This document shows, in pieces, positions 1-8,863 of a stretch of 64,000 nucleotides of DNA. The position numbers were made by a program, and so were the translations under genes. This stretch comes from Desulfobacterales bacterium (lineage in GTDB: Bacteria; Desulfobacterota; Desulfobacteria; Desulfobacterales; UBA5852), in the NCBI GenBank assembly GCA_963674755.2, contig CAXXVS010000003.1, positions 1,280,001 to 1,344,000 of the forward strand, in the 5' to 3' direction. Each line of letters begins with the position of its first letter. Position 1 is the first letter of the stretch. Below the pieces are notes generated by a model. That model did no database searches and was not told where the DNA came from. It worked only from the letters and a program-made list of their open reading frames with translations.

Positions 1-2
1 TG

Positions 3-2252
3 GTGTTTGTGATGATGATCTGGGGGCTGGGCGGGTGCGCCACCTCCACGCTGCCGGAGGGCGGCCGGAGCGGCGATCCCGCGGCCGAGGCCCCCCCCAG
101 GGCGGCGATCCGAACTGCACAGGCAGCGCCGGCCGCCGAAGGGGAACATCATCCGATGGCCCCGATAAAGCCGGGGATTTCGGTCACGCCGAGTAGCGCC
201 AAACAGCCTGCGGCACCACGCCTGGCAGGCCCGGTTGTTACACCGGCAAGGCCGGCAACGGAACGGATGCCGGGAAGCGCTTTAGCGGTCGGAGACAGCT
301 ATTACCCCGGCACGCTGATTCCGGTGGCGAATGAGGATGCGGCCGGGTCCCAGGGCGGTGCCGTGTCATCCGGCAGCGGGAGCACGGTTGAAATCAATTT
401 CGATAATGCCGACCTGATCGAAGTGATTCGCACCCTGGCGGATATCCTTGAGATCCAATACATCCTGGATCCCGGTGTGCAGGGCAGCGTTACGATTCAC
501 ACCGCCGGCGGGATGGCACGCGAGAATCTGTTGCCCCTCTTTTTTAAAATCCTTGAGGTCAACGGGCTTACCGCCGTGAAGGACGGGCCGCTGTTCCGCA
601 TCACGCCCACCACCGACGCCTCGCGATTGCCGATCATGTTCGGTCGCGGCGGCGGGATGGGCGAACACGTACCGCCCGGCGAAAGGATCATGATCCAGAT
701 TATCCCCTTGAAGCATATTTCGGCCGGCGAAATGAGCAAACTGCTGGTGCCGTTCACCTCCGAGGGCGCTACGATCGTTGCCCACGAGGCCACCAATACG
801 CTGGTGGTGGTGGACAAGGGCGACAATATCCTCAAGGTTCTCAAAATGGCGGCGGCGTTTGACATCGGGCTGTTCGAGCGGCTGGAGCACCGCTTTTATC
901 TTCTGGACAATGCCTCGGCCACGGAAACCGCCCCCATGTTGCAGGAGATATTCGCCGTAAACGGGAAAAAAGGGACGGTGCGCTTTATCCCCATCGAACG
1001 TCTCAATGCGATCCTGGCCCTGAGCGCCGACCCGCAGGTCTTCGTCAAGGCCGATCAGCTCATGATTCAACTGGATGCGCCGGGAGGGGGAACCGAACCG
1101 CAGATTTACGTCTATTTCGTGAAAAACGGCGGGGCTGAAGAACTCGCCGGATTGCTCAATTCCGTATTCGGCAACAAGGTCGCTCAAAGCCGCATGGCCG
1201 TTCAAGACGCAAAATACCGCTTTTCACGCAATCCCTTCGCCGTGCAGCCCACACCGCCGGTGGTGGTGGAAGAGATCCCGCCGGCCACCACACCGGCCGC
1301 TGCACCGGAGGCATCGGCAGACACCTCCCTCGCCGCCACACCGCGGGGCACGATTACCATTGTTCCAGACCTGGTACGCAATGCGCTGCTCGTGGAATGC
1401 GCTCCCATGGATTATCGCGTCATTTCGGGCATCCTGGACCGGATCGACGTCCTGCCCCGCCAGGTGTTGATCGAGGCCGTGATCGCGGAAATCTCTTTGG
1501 GCGACCGCTTCGAGCTGGGGGTGGAGTGGGAGTACACCCGGGAGCGTGCAAGCAATAAAACCGGTCTCTTGAGCGGTACCATCAACGGCGACGGGCTGAG
1601 TTATGCCATCGCCTTCTCCCAGGATCTGCTCCACAACCTGGATACCCTGGCGTCGAAGAACAAAGTGAACATTCTCTCCTCGCCGCACGTGCTGGCTTCC
1701 GACGGCAAGGAGGCCAAAATAGACGTATCCAACGAAGTGCCCATCATCAGCTCCGAAACCGTGATTTCGAGTTCCGCCGAGCCGCTGGTGACCACCGACA
1801 TCCAGTACCGGGATACGGGTGTGCTGCTGGCGGTGACGCCCCACATCAACGAAAACGGCCTGGTAACGATGGATGTCTACCAGGAAACGAGCGAGCAGGG
1901 CGAAGACGTCAATGTGGCCGGGGCAAATTATCCCTCCTTTTTTAAGCGCTCGGTGGATACCACCCTCACCGTGGGAAACGACCAGACCATCGTGCTGGGT
2001 GGGTTGATCCGCGAAAACAAAAATTCGGGACGCAGCGGGGTGCCCGGCCTGATCGACATCCCCGGTCTGGGCTGGCTCTTCGGCGACCGCAGCACGACCC
2101 AGGACAAAGCGGAACTGATCATCCTGCTCACCCCGCGCGTGATCACCTCCCTGGACGAAGTCCGGGCGGTCACCGAGGAATTCGAAAAGAAGGTCGTCGA
2201 GACCATCCAGTACATCCGAAGCAAACAGCCGGCCGATTACTACAACCCCTGA
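3..2252 (+). CDS. gspD: Type II secretion secretin (GspD family), possibly 5'-truncated by the window edge
   Basis: N0 motif INFDNADLIEVIRTLA, repeated N domains, secretin C-domain (LDVLPRQVLIEAVIAE-like DVLPRQVLIEAVIAE, ILSSPHVLASDG, YRDTGVLLAVTPHIN, GVPGLIDIPGLGWLF); N-terminal GGC lipobox-like segment. Confidence 0.9.
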   Translation: MFVMMIWGLGGCATSTLPEGGRSGDPAAEAPPRAAIRTAQAAPAAEGEHHPMAPIKPGISVTPSSAKQPAAPRLAGPVVTPARPATERMPGSALAVGDSYYPGTLIPVANEDAAGSQGGAVSSGSGSTVEINFDNADLIEVIRTLADILEIQYILDPGVQGSVTIHTAGGMARENLLPLFFKILEVNGLTAVKDGPLFRITPTTDASRLPIMFGRGGGMGEHVPPGERIMIQIIPLKHISAGEMSKLLVPFTSEGATIVAHEATNTLVVVDKGDNILKVLKMAAAFDIGLFERLEHRFYLLDNASATETAPMLQEIFAVNGKKGTVRFIPIERLNAILALSADPQVFVKADQLMIQLDAPGGGTEPQIYVYFVKNGGAEELAGLLNSVFGNKVAQSRMAVQDAKYRFSRNPFAVQPTPPVVVEEIPPATTPAAAPEASADTSLAATPRGTITIVPDLVRNALLVECAPMDYRVISGILDRIDVLPRQVLIEAVIAEISLGDRFELGVEWEYTRERASNKTGLLSGTINGDGLSYAIAFSQDLLHNLDTLASKNKVNILSSPHVLASDGKEAKIDVSNEVPIISSETVISSSAEPLVTTDIQYRDTGVLLAVTPHINENGLVTMDVYQETSEQGEDVNVAGANYPSFFKRSVDTTLTVGNDQTIVLGGLIRENKNSGRSGVPGLIDIPGLGWLFGDRSTTQDKAELIILLTPRVITSLDEVRAVTEEFEKKVVETIQYIRSKQPADYYNP

Positions 2253-2280
2253 CGCTATCGTCTACTTAAGCCGTGCAAAC

Positions 2281-2305
2281 AAAGAGGTCCCGTGCGGGCC
2301 TCTTT
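2281..2305 (+). terminator. Intrinsic terminator-like hairpin after gspD
   Basis: aaagaggtcccg-tg-cgggcctcttt followed by an AT/T-rich tract. Confidence 0.65.
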
Positions 2306-2362
2306 ATATTTGAGGTTAACGGACAGGAACCGTAAACTCTTGGTAGATTGCCCTTCACTTTA

Positions 2363-3451
2363 GGGGACGTTCTTTCTTATTTACCTTGTTATACCCATAC
2401 CGTCATGCTATCTTTCCAGTATGCCACGCCAATCACGCATAGATGCTCCGGGCGCTGTCCATCACATCATCGTCCGCGGTATTGCCCACCGTGCGATCTT
2501 TCGGGATGATTACGATCGCCACACATTTCTTGCGAGGTTAGGAACGTTGCTTATCGAAACGGAAACCCCTTGCTTCGCGTGGGCCCTGATGTCCAATCAC
2601 TTTCACCTGCTGCTGCGAACAGGCTGTGTTCCTATCGCGAGCCTGATGCGGCGGTTGCTCACTGGCCATGCGGTGCGTTTCAACCGCCGTCATAACCGTT
2701 ATGGGCATCTGTTTCAGAATCGTTACAAATCGATTCTATGCCAGGAAGAAACGTATTTGCTGGAGTTGGTGCGCTATATCCACCTGAACCCTCTTCGCGC
2801 AGGATTGGCAAAGGATATGGGCGCTTTGGATGACTATCCATACAGCGGTCACAGTGTACTTGTGGGGCGTTATCGAAATGACTGGCAGGAAACGGACTAT
2901 ATCCTTAAGCGATTTGGCAAACGTAAAACTCAGTCCCGTAGGGCCTATAGGGCTTTTGTTGAAAAGGGGGTTGAAAGGGGCAGGCGGCCGGAACTGATCG
3001 GGGGCGGTATGATACGCAGTGCAGGCGGTTGGGAGAAGATCAAGGCGGCGCGTGCGAATAAAGTATACCTGAAAGGTGACGAAAGGATTTTAGGTGACAG
3101 TGATTTCGTTGGGACGGTTCTGGCCCAGACAAGGGAAGAGCAGGATAAACGCAACAAGTTGAAGGCTCAAGGCGTTACCGTCGATCAGGCAGCCCGGAAA
3201 GTGGCGGAACTGATGGGGATATCAGTTGAGACGGTATGGGCGGCCGGTCGATATCCCCAGGTGGTCCGGGCGCGGAGTGTGCTGTGCTATTGGGCGGTCA
3301 GAAAATTGGGAATCAGTATGACGGATATGGCCAAACGGTTGGGGATGTCGGTGCCAACGGTGAGCAAGTCTGTGCGGCGGGGGGAGGGGATAGCACGGGA
3401 GGGAGGATTTGAGTTGAAGGGGGGGTAAGTTAATAAAGAAAGAATGTCCCC
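2363..3451 (+). mobile_element. TIR-flanked tyrosine (Y1/HUH) transposase element (TIRYT/RAYT-like)
   Basis: Inverted repeats ggggacgttctttctt (2363-2378) and aagaaagaatgtcccc (3436-3451), 15/16 match, bracket the transposase ORF. Confidence 0.75.
2421..3428 (+). CDS. REP-associated-type Y1 tyrosine transposase with C-terminal DnaA_C-like HTH
   Basis: MPRQSRID...HHIIVRG, HUH motif LMSNHFHLLL, GHLFQNRYKS, YIHLNP, C-terminal ARSVLCYWAVRKLG...DMAKRLGMS helix-turn-helix. Confidence 0.88.
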   Translation: MPRQSRIDAPGAVHHIIVRGIAHRAIFRDDYDRHTFLARLGTLLIETETPCFAWALMSNHFHLLLRTGCVPIASLMRRLLTGHAVRFNRRHNRYGHLFQNRYKSILCQEETYLLELVRYIHLNPLRAGLAKDMGALDDYPYSGHSVLVGRYRNDWQETDYILKRFGKRKTQSRRAYRAFVEKGVERGRRPELIGGGMIRSAGGWEKIKAARANKVYLKGDERILGDSDFVGTVLAQTREEQDKRNKLKAQGVTVDQAARKVAELMGISVETVWAAGRYPQVVRARSVLCYWAVRKLGISMTDMAKRLGMSVPTVSKSVRRGEGIAREGGFELKGG

Positions 3452-3464
3452 TTGACGTCCCGGA

Positions 3465-3492
3465 AATGCCGCGGGGGTGGCCCCGCGGCATT
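3465..3492. terminator. Hairpin between convergent genes, probably a bidirectional terminator
   Basis: aatgccgcgggg-gtgg-ccccgcggcatt, perfect 12-bp stem. Confidence 0.7.
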
Positions 3493-3529
3493 GGTTTTTG
3501 GTTGAAGTGATATAAAAGTCAGGTATCGA

Positions 3530-6500
3530 TCAACGACTTTTCTTGCCTTTGACGACCACAGTGGTGGTTGTCGTTATTGAGGTTGTAGTGTCGACGGTTG
3601 AGGTCCTGCTTTTTCCTGGTTTAGTGGGAGTAGGTGCGGGGTCGTCATCCCCGGGATCTACTGGGTCAACAACAGGATCCTCGGGTTCTTCACCTGGATC
3701 ACCGCTGTCATCGTCGACAGTGGGGACGTAATCATCGAGGAACAGAACTCGACGGAACCAGGCGTCGGCGCCGACTTCTTCGCCATCTCTATCGAAATCC
3801 CACTGGTTCCAAACTGAATAGAAGAACTGGCCACCCGGACTGCTTGTGATGGAAGCCTCTCCAGATTCATCAAACTGGCTGCCCTCAAGGGCGTCGAACT
3901 CGTTGCAGAAAAGGTATGTGCCACTATCTGTTGTTATTTCGCCGGGCAAACAGTCGGTGGTAGGTTCATCCTGCCACACCAGGTAGTCGTCACCCCAGTT
4001 AACCGCCCTGCTATAGAAAAGATCAAGCGGTTCGGCTTCACCGACTGCTACGGTAGTGTTGTCGCCTGTTTCATAGACCATGAAGAAGCGCGAAGGATCG
4101 CGGGTGTCATCGTCATAAAGCGGGGCGGTGAAGCCTTCAGGTAACGCTGTACTGACCGAGGTTTTTGTTATGCTGCGAGTGGTGGGCGAGTAGCGCGGAT
4201 CGAGGATGGTTTCCTTCGTGCCCACGAGCTGCGACAGGTTGCGAGCCTGCTCGAAGTCGCCGGCGCCATAGGTGGTGCATACCAGCTCTTCGGTGTCCGA
4301 CCCTGCCGGACCCATCCACTCGCAGGTGGTTGTGCCGTCAGCGGTCCAAGAAACGTCTTCGTCGATCCCGTCCGGACTCCAAGCCGAGGGCGTGGTCGTC
4401 CACGTCTTGCCACCGTCGAAGGAGCGGCGGGCGTAGAGGTTGTAGTTATCGTGCCCTACGGTGTTGGCCATCCAGTTAGGGGACCAGGCGTACATGGCCA
4501 GTATATAATCACCCGCCATAAAGCCGCGGTGGCCTTTGGCCACATCATAGGGATTCTCCCAAGAGGTGTCATCGAGATTGGTTAGAGTCGGATTGGTGAT
4601 GGTTTCTCCGTAATCCGGGCCAGTCTGCTCCCAGGTCAAGATTTTGGCAAGTCCATCCGTAGCTTGCGTCATGTCGAGATCGTCGAAGTATTCGCTGAAC
4701 GGAAAGGCATCCTGACAGGATGTTGCGTCAGTACAGGGGTCCCCGGTGAGGATGGTGTTCCCGGAGAGATTAATTGCTGGGTCTGCACACAAGCCTTTAA
4801 CATAGCGAGGGTTGGACCCGTCGGTGAAGGCCCAGGTTTCGCAGGCCATATTGCCGTAGTCATAAGGATTGTCAACGATGGAGTTGAATTCGTCCGGGAT
4901 CACGAAGCGCCGGCCCATGATGTCGGCCGGGCCGCCGCGCCGGATGATACCCTGCTTCCAGAGTTGGAGGGCCACCGTACCGGTTGTTCCGGCGTCGTAC
5001 CAGTCCTGGGTGATGGGACTCGGTCGTCGGGCTATCTCGGTCTGATATAGTATAGAGGCCGTATCCTCCTGGCCGGTCAAGGTTTCGTAGATCGGATCGG
5101 GGTCGATCTGGTAAAAGTTGTACCCACCAAGCGAAGTATCCTGGAATAGCACCCCTAATGGGTCAGTAAAGTCCTCTGGATAAACTGCGGGTTGATTAAG
5201 CATCAACCCCTGGGAAACTACCTCAGGATTGAACATGTCGAAGGTGTGGTACCAGACGTTTTTACCCATATCAATTTTTTCTAGTGGATCAGTGGATAGA
5301 ATAGCTTCTTCGCCGTCTTCTCCCAAACCTTTGTTCTCCTCATAGGCCATGGAGAACCAGGCGCTGTCGATAGAGTCGTAGAAATCTGTGTTGTCTTCAC
5401 CCGAAACGAATGCCACCGTCGTTGAGTAGCCATGCAGGCCGAGTCGGGCACGGGTAGAAGCCGTGTTCCCTCGCATTAGGCGACCATCTTCGGTCACGCA
5501 CATGTTGAGGCCTTGAGTTGGCCCTTCGGGAGTTACGATCGTAACTTCAACCGTGCTCGCACAATAGTCAGGAGTACCGTTGCCATCAAAGTCAATATGG
5601 CAGAAGGGAGCCGTGGAGGTGTCTGTACACATCGCATTGTCGGTCAGGCGCACCGGGATGGACATCGGGATTGCGGCTTGGGGAGTACCATTGGCATTGT
5701 CAGCTACCCAAGTGGTAAGATCCCCGGCTTCGTCGGATAAAGATCCGTAGCCCTCATCCCCGATGACCAAGTCGAAATCGTCCCAGTCGATGTAAGAGTA
5801 CCAGGTGTCGGTCTGGTGGTGAGCGATGGCGCCGCTCCAGCCCTCGCCAGGTCCTTCACCCTCGCCGGGCCGGATCCCTTCTGGATCTTCCTGCCAGGTG
5901 ACCACGCAGCCGGCCCCTTTGACGCAGACCGCCTCGGGCCGGTTCGCGTCCCGGACAGCGGAGCTGAGGCGTTCGGCCTTGAACCAGACAAAGGTGCTGC
6001 TTTCGCCTTCTGCGGCAGGCGGCAAGATTACGCCGCGTGCCACCCAGACGGCGGCGTAGGGCAGTTCACCAACTAGCGGATAGCCCTCATCGGCAAGATC
6101 GGAGGATCCTTGGGATCCTGCCACACCGAAGTGGTCCTCGAGATAGAGGCAGGGTGTGTCGATCAGGTTTTCGTCCGTGCAGGCTTCCACATCGAGGCCC
6201 AGGTACTCTGCTACTACTCCCCGCTCATCGTTGGTCATGGCGTAGTTGGGATTGCCACCCCGGGCGTAGCGGCTCACCCAGACCATTAATACCTTGTTGC
6301 CATCCGAGGCGGCAAAGGTGCGGCCGACATCGCCAGGGTACGGGACCTTCATTTTCCCATCTTTTATTTTGAATGACGACAGATCCGCTGACTTGGACAG
6401 ATTGGTGCGCTTCCAGGAGGCACCGTCGTCCAGGCTCACCGCACCGTAGGCGTCGCGTTTACCATGGCCGGGGAAGCCGCCGTAGCCTTCTTCTTCGATT

Positions 6501-6796
6501 CCCTCGACATGGCCGTCAGTGTAGAGTGTGATCAGGGGGCGGGCATAGAGCCGATTCTCAGGTTGCTGCTCTGTAGACCCGTCAACTAATGGATATTCGA
6601 TCCCCTCTTCTCCCAGCAGTGTTCCGTCGGACGTCTGTGCCGGAACATAAAGCGGCAGCATACGTAGGGCCGCATGCTCAGTTTCTAGTTCCGGTGTTTT
6701 CGAGACGTTTTTGCGGAACATTTCGCCGTCGTCGGACCAGGCCGTGGCTGCCAGCATGAGTGCCAGGATGATTGTCAAATAGCGTAAGTAACGCAT
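3530..6796 (-). CDS. Large secreted acidic Cys-containing protein with Asp-box/BNR motifs; resembles choice-of-anchor O family
   Basis: Probable start MRYLRYLTIILALMLAATAWS (signal peptide, GGGGA RBS). Asp-boxes SLDDGASW and SFDGGKTW, motif WQEDPEGIRPGEGEGPGEGWSGA, Pro/Asp-rich C-terminal linker. Family name recalled, not searched. Confidence 0.65.
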   Translation of the reverse strand: MRYLRYLTIILALMLAATAWSDDGEMFRKNVSKTPELETEHAALRMLPLYVPAQTSDGTLLGEEGIEYPLVDGSTEQQPENRLYARPLITLYTDGHVEGIEEEGYGGFPGHGKRDAYGAVSLDDGASWKRTNLSKSADLSSFKIKDGKMKVPYPGDVGRTFAASDGNKVLMVWVSRYARGGNPNYAMTNDERGVVAEYLGLDVEACTDENLIDTPCLYLEDHFGVAGSQGSSDLADEGYPLVGELPYAAVWVARGVILPPAAEGESSTFVWFKAERLSSAVRDANRPEAVCVKGAGCVVTWQEDPEGIRPGEGEGPGEGWSGAIAHHQTDTWYSYIDWDDFDLVIGDEGYGSLSDEAGDLTTWVADNANGTPQAAIPMSIPVRLTDNAMCTDTSTAPFCHIDFDGNGTPDYCASTVEVTIVTPEGPTQGLNMCVTEDGRLMRGNTASTRARLGLHGYSTTVAFVSGEDNTDFYDSIDSAWFSMAYEENKGLGEDGEEAILSTDPLEKIDMGKNVWYHTFDMFNPEVVSQGLMLNQPAVYPEDFTDPLGVLFQDTSLGGYNFYQIDPDPIYETLTGQEDTASILYQTEIARRPSPITQDWYDAGTTGTVALQLWKQGIIRRGGPADIMGRRFVIPDEFNSIVDNPYDYGNMACETWAFTDGSNPRYVKGLCADPAINLSGNTILTGDPCTDATSCQDAFPFSEYFDDLDMTQATDGLAKILTWEQTGPDYGETITNPTLTNLDDTSWENPYDVAKGHRGFMAGDYILAMYAWSPNWMANTVGHDNYNLYARRSFDGGKTWTTTPSAWSPDGIDEDVSWTADGTTTCEWMGPAGSDTEELVCTTYGAGDFEQARNLSQLVGTKETILDPRYSPTTRSITKTSVSTALPEGFTAPLYDDDTRDPSRFFMVYETGDNTTVAVGEAEPLDLFYSRAVNWGDDYLVWQDEPTTDCLPGEITTDSGTYLFCNEFDALEGSQFDESGEASITSSPGGQFFYSVWNQWDFDRDGEEVGADAWFRRVLFLDDYVPTVDDDSGDPGEEPEDPVVDPVDPGDDDPAPTPTKPGKSRTSTVDTTTSITTTTTVVVKGKKSR

Positions 6797-7293
6797 GGCT
6801 TCCCCCTTCTGATTGAATGTTGTTTTTAAAATCCCAAATTCGGCGGCGAGAAACCGGCGGAGTACGCTTGATGTGCGGAAACGGCCGCGGGTTTTTCGCG
6901 AATCAGTGCCTAACAACGGGCGGCGGCGTGAAAGAGAGAAAAGCGGGGTGGCCGACTTCTGATAAAGGACATAAATCACCTGTCCGACCCTTTGCCGCGG
7001 AAGCGCGATTCGAAGCCGAAAGGTGCGCTGAATTGTCGAGGCTGCCTGATGCAGGCCGCAGTTGAGGTGCCGCCTGTCCTACGATGTAAATCCCCTGTGT
7101 ATCCTGTTACCTATCGAAAAACGTGCCATAATCGCCCGGATGGGCAAAATATTTGGGTGTGTTGGTTTCTGGTTGAAAACATAACGTTATTTTGGAGGGG
7201 AGAGAGGATCAGGGCGATAAGTAAGGTCGTAAGGAAAGGATAGGGAGTGGGTCGGGTGGGACAGTGGGGCGTCCACAACTGTGTCATGACCCA

Positions 7294-7419
7294 GGGTGGG
7301 TTTGTGATTTCACCAATTTCGGCGTTGCGCGGCGTCGCGGTGTCGCTGCGGCGTACCGATGTACGCCTCACTCTCCACGACTTGCGCGCCTTGAACTTGG
7401 CGAAATCACAAACCCACCC
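7294..7419. repeat. Nested-hairpin intergenic element, copy A
   Basis: 23-bp outer IR with 1 mismatch; tcggcgtt ... gcggcgtac-cgat-gtacgcct ... cgccttga. Confidence 0.85.
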
Positions 7420-7535
7420 GGTTATATTGTAAAATTTGCTCTATGCGTTTACATCGGCCTGCGTCTTGTTCTCGGAGACGATCTCATCCATGGCAAAGCC
7501 CCCAAGAATGGATACGACTTCTTCATTTCGTCAAT

Positions 7536-8711
7536 TCAGTCGCTTGGTTTTGTTCCAAGCGACTCCTCAATGACCTTTTCAGGGATGCTTCCGGGGTAGG
7601 TTTGATCGCCTATCACGTAGGTCGGTGTTCCCCTCAATTTTAATTCATGGCCGGCGGCAATGTCTTTGAGGACCGCCGATTTGGCGTCCTCACTAGCCAT
7701 GCAGGCGCGCAGCGCTTCAGGATCTATGCCGATGGCCTCGGCCAGTTCTTCGGCAGTAACCGGATTTTTACGGCGGCCATTCGCATACAGATAGTCGTTG
7801 GCCTCCCAAAAACGCTTTTGTTCGCCGGCACAGTGGGCCATGACCGCATAGACGAACGAATACCGATGGCGCTTCAAAGGATAGTTCCGGTGGACAAGTC
7901 GGATTTGGTCCGGATGCCGGCTGACCAGCGCTCTGACCTTGTGGTGACCCCGGCTGCAATAGGGGCACTGGTAGTCACTGAACTCGGTGATCTCGAGAAC
8001 CGGTTGGCGGGCGCCGATCCAGTCAAACCCCTCGGCTGTTTTGCCAACCAGCAACCCTCCGGGACCGGTCGTGATGTTGGCCTCCCAGTAAGCGGGTAGG
8101 GTGACCCACACGATTCCCAACAGCGCCATAAAGCTCGCAAGATATAAAGAAGCCGTCAGCCTTTTGCCGGAAACGGCCTTGGTGTCCATACCAAATGCCT
8201 TAAACGGCCCGCATTTCAAGCGGCGCAGATCGAGGATCGTAAGGCCCAATAGCAGGCCGTTGATGACGTAGGTGGCCATGCACAGGAGGCACAGGGAGTG
8301 GATCTCCCGGTGGGAAATGAAAAACAGGACCGCGCTTACAAGAACGGAAACAAGGCTCAGCCAGAACAAAAACCCAAGGGGCCAGGTATGGGGCGGCTGT
8401 TTCCGGCGGGCAAGCCCCCACAGGCACAGGCCGCCCATGAACAGATAGCCGACGATACCCCACAGGGCCACGGGAAGGCCGGCAATAACCGCGTAGGGGC
8501 TTAGCGCAACCGTTTCGCAATTGAATTGCTCGTTCACGGCGCAAAGGGCGTGATAGGCGGGGTCGGTGTAGACCTTCACATGCAGCCGCAGCAGTTCGGC
8601 ACTGAAGCAGGCGCCTAGGACACAGAGCACCAAGAAAAGGATGCGCCACACAGGAAGCGGCCCGGATGTATCGGTAGAATGTCGGTTGGCGCTTAGCGGA
8701 TGAGGTGTCAT
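7536..8711 (-). CDS. Vitamin K epoxide reductase (VKOR)-DsbA fusion
   Basis: CAVNEQFNCETV loop cysteines, CLLC active site, TM helices; thioredoxin domain FSDYQCPYC and cis-Pro GTPT. Confidence 0.9.
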   Translation of the reverse strand: MTPHPLSANRHSTDTSGPLPVWRILFLVLCVLGACFSAELLRLHVKVYTDPAYHALCAVNEQFNCETVALSPYAVIAGLPVALWGIVGYLFMGGLCLWGLARRKQPPHTWPLGFLFWLSLVSVLVSAVLFFISHREIHSLCLLCMATYVINGLLLGLTILDLRRLKCGPFKAFGMDTKAVSGKRLTASLYLASFMALLGIVWVTLPAYWEANITTGPGGLLVGKTAEGFDWIGARQPVLEITEFSDYQCPYCSRGHHKVRALVSRHPDQIRLVHRNYPLKRHRYSFVYAVMAHCAGEQKRFWEANDYLYANGRRKNPVTAEELAEAIGIDPEALRACMASEDAKSAVLKDIAAGHELKLRGTPTYVIGDQTYPGSIPEKVIEESLGTKPSD

Positions 8712-8805
8712 GGAATAATTTTCCTGCATCGACTTTTGACGGGATGATAAAAGGAAAGGGGGAGGATGTCCAGCCGGAAAACTTGTCGGTGATGGGGTCC
8801 CAATA

Positions 8806-8837
8806 CAAAAGGCGGAGATCAAGCGCTCCGCCTTTTG
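8806..8837 (-). terminator. Intrinsic terminator after the acylase gene
   Basis: caaaaggcggag-atcaagcg-ctccgccttttg. Confidence 0.7.
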
Positions 8838-8863
8838 TTTCAGATCCGGTTATCGGATGCAAA

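Noticed and set aside
6800..7130. Possible riboswitch or sigma54 promoter in the long leader
   Set aside because: No complete c-di-GMP or other aptamer consensus; TGGCACGTTTTTCGA has GA instead of GC at -12
7294..7419. Integron attC sites
   Set aside because: No RYYYAAC/GTTRRRY ends, no cassette array and no integrase
7111..7599. Short ORFs containing ISALR..SLRRT..
   Set aside because: Translations of the hairpin repeat, not genes
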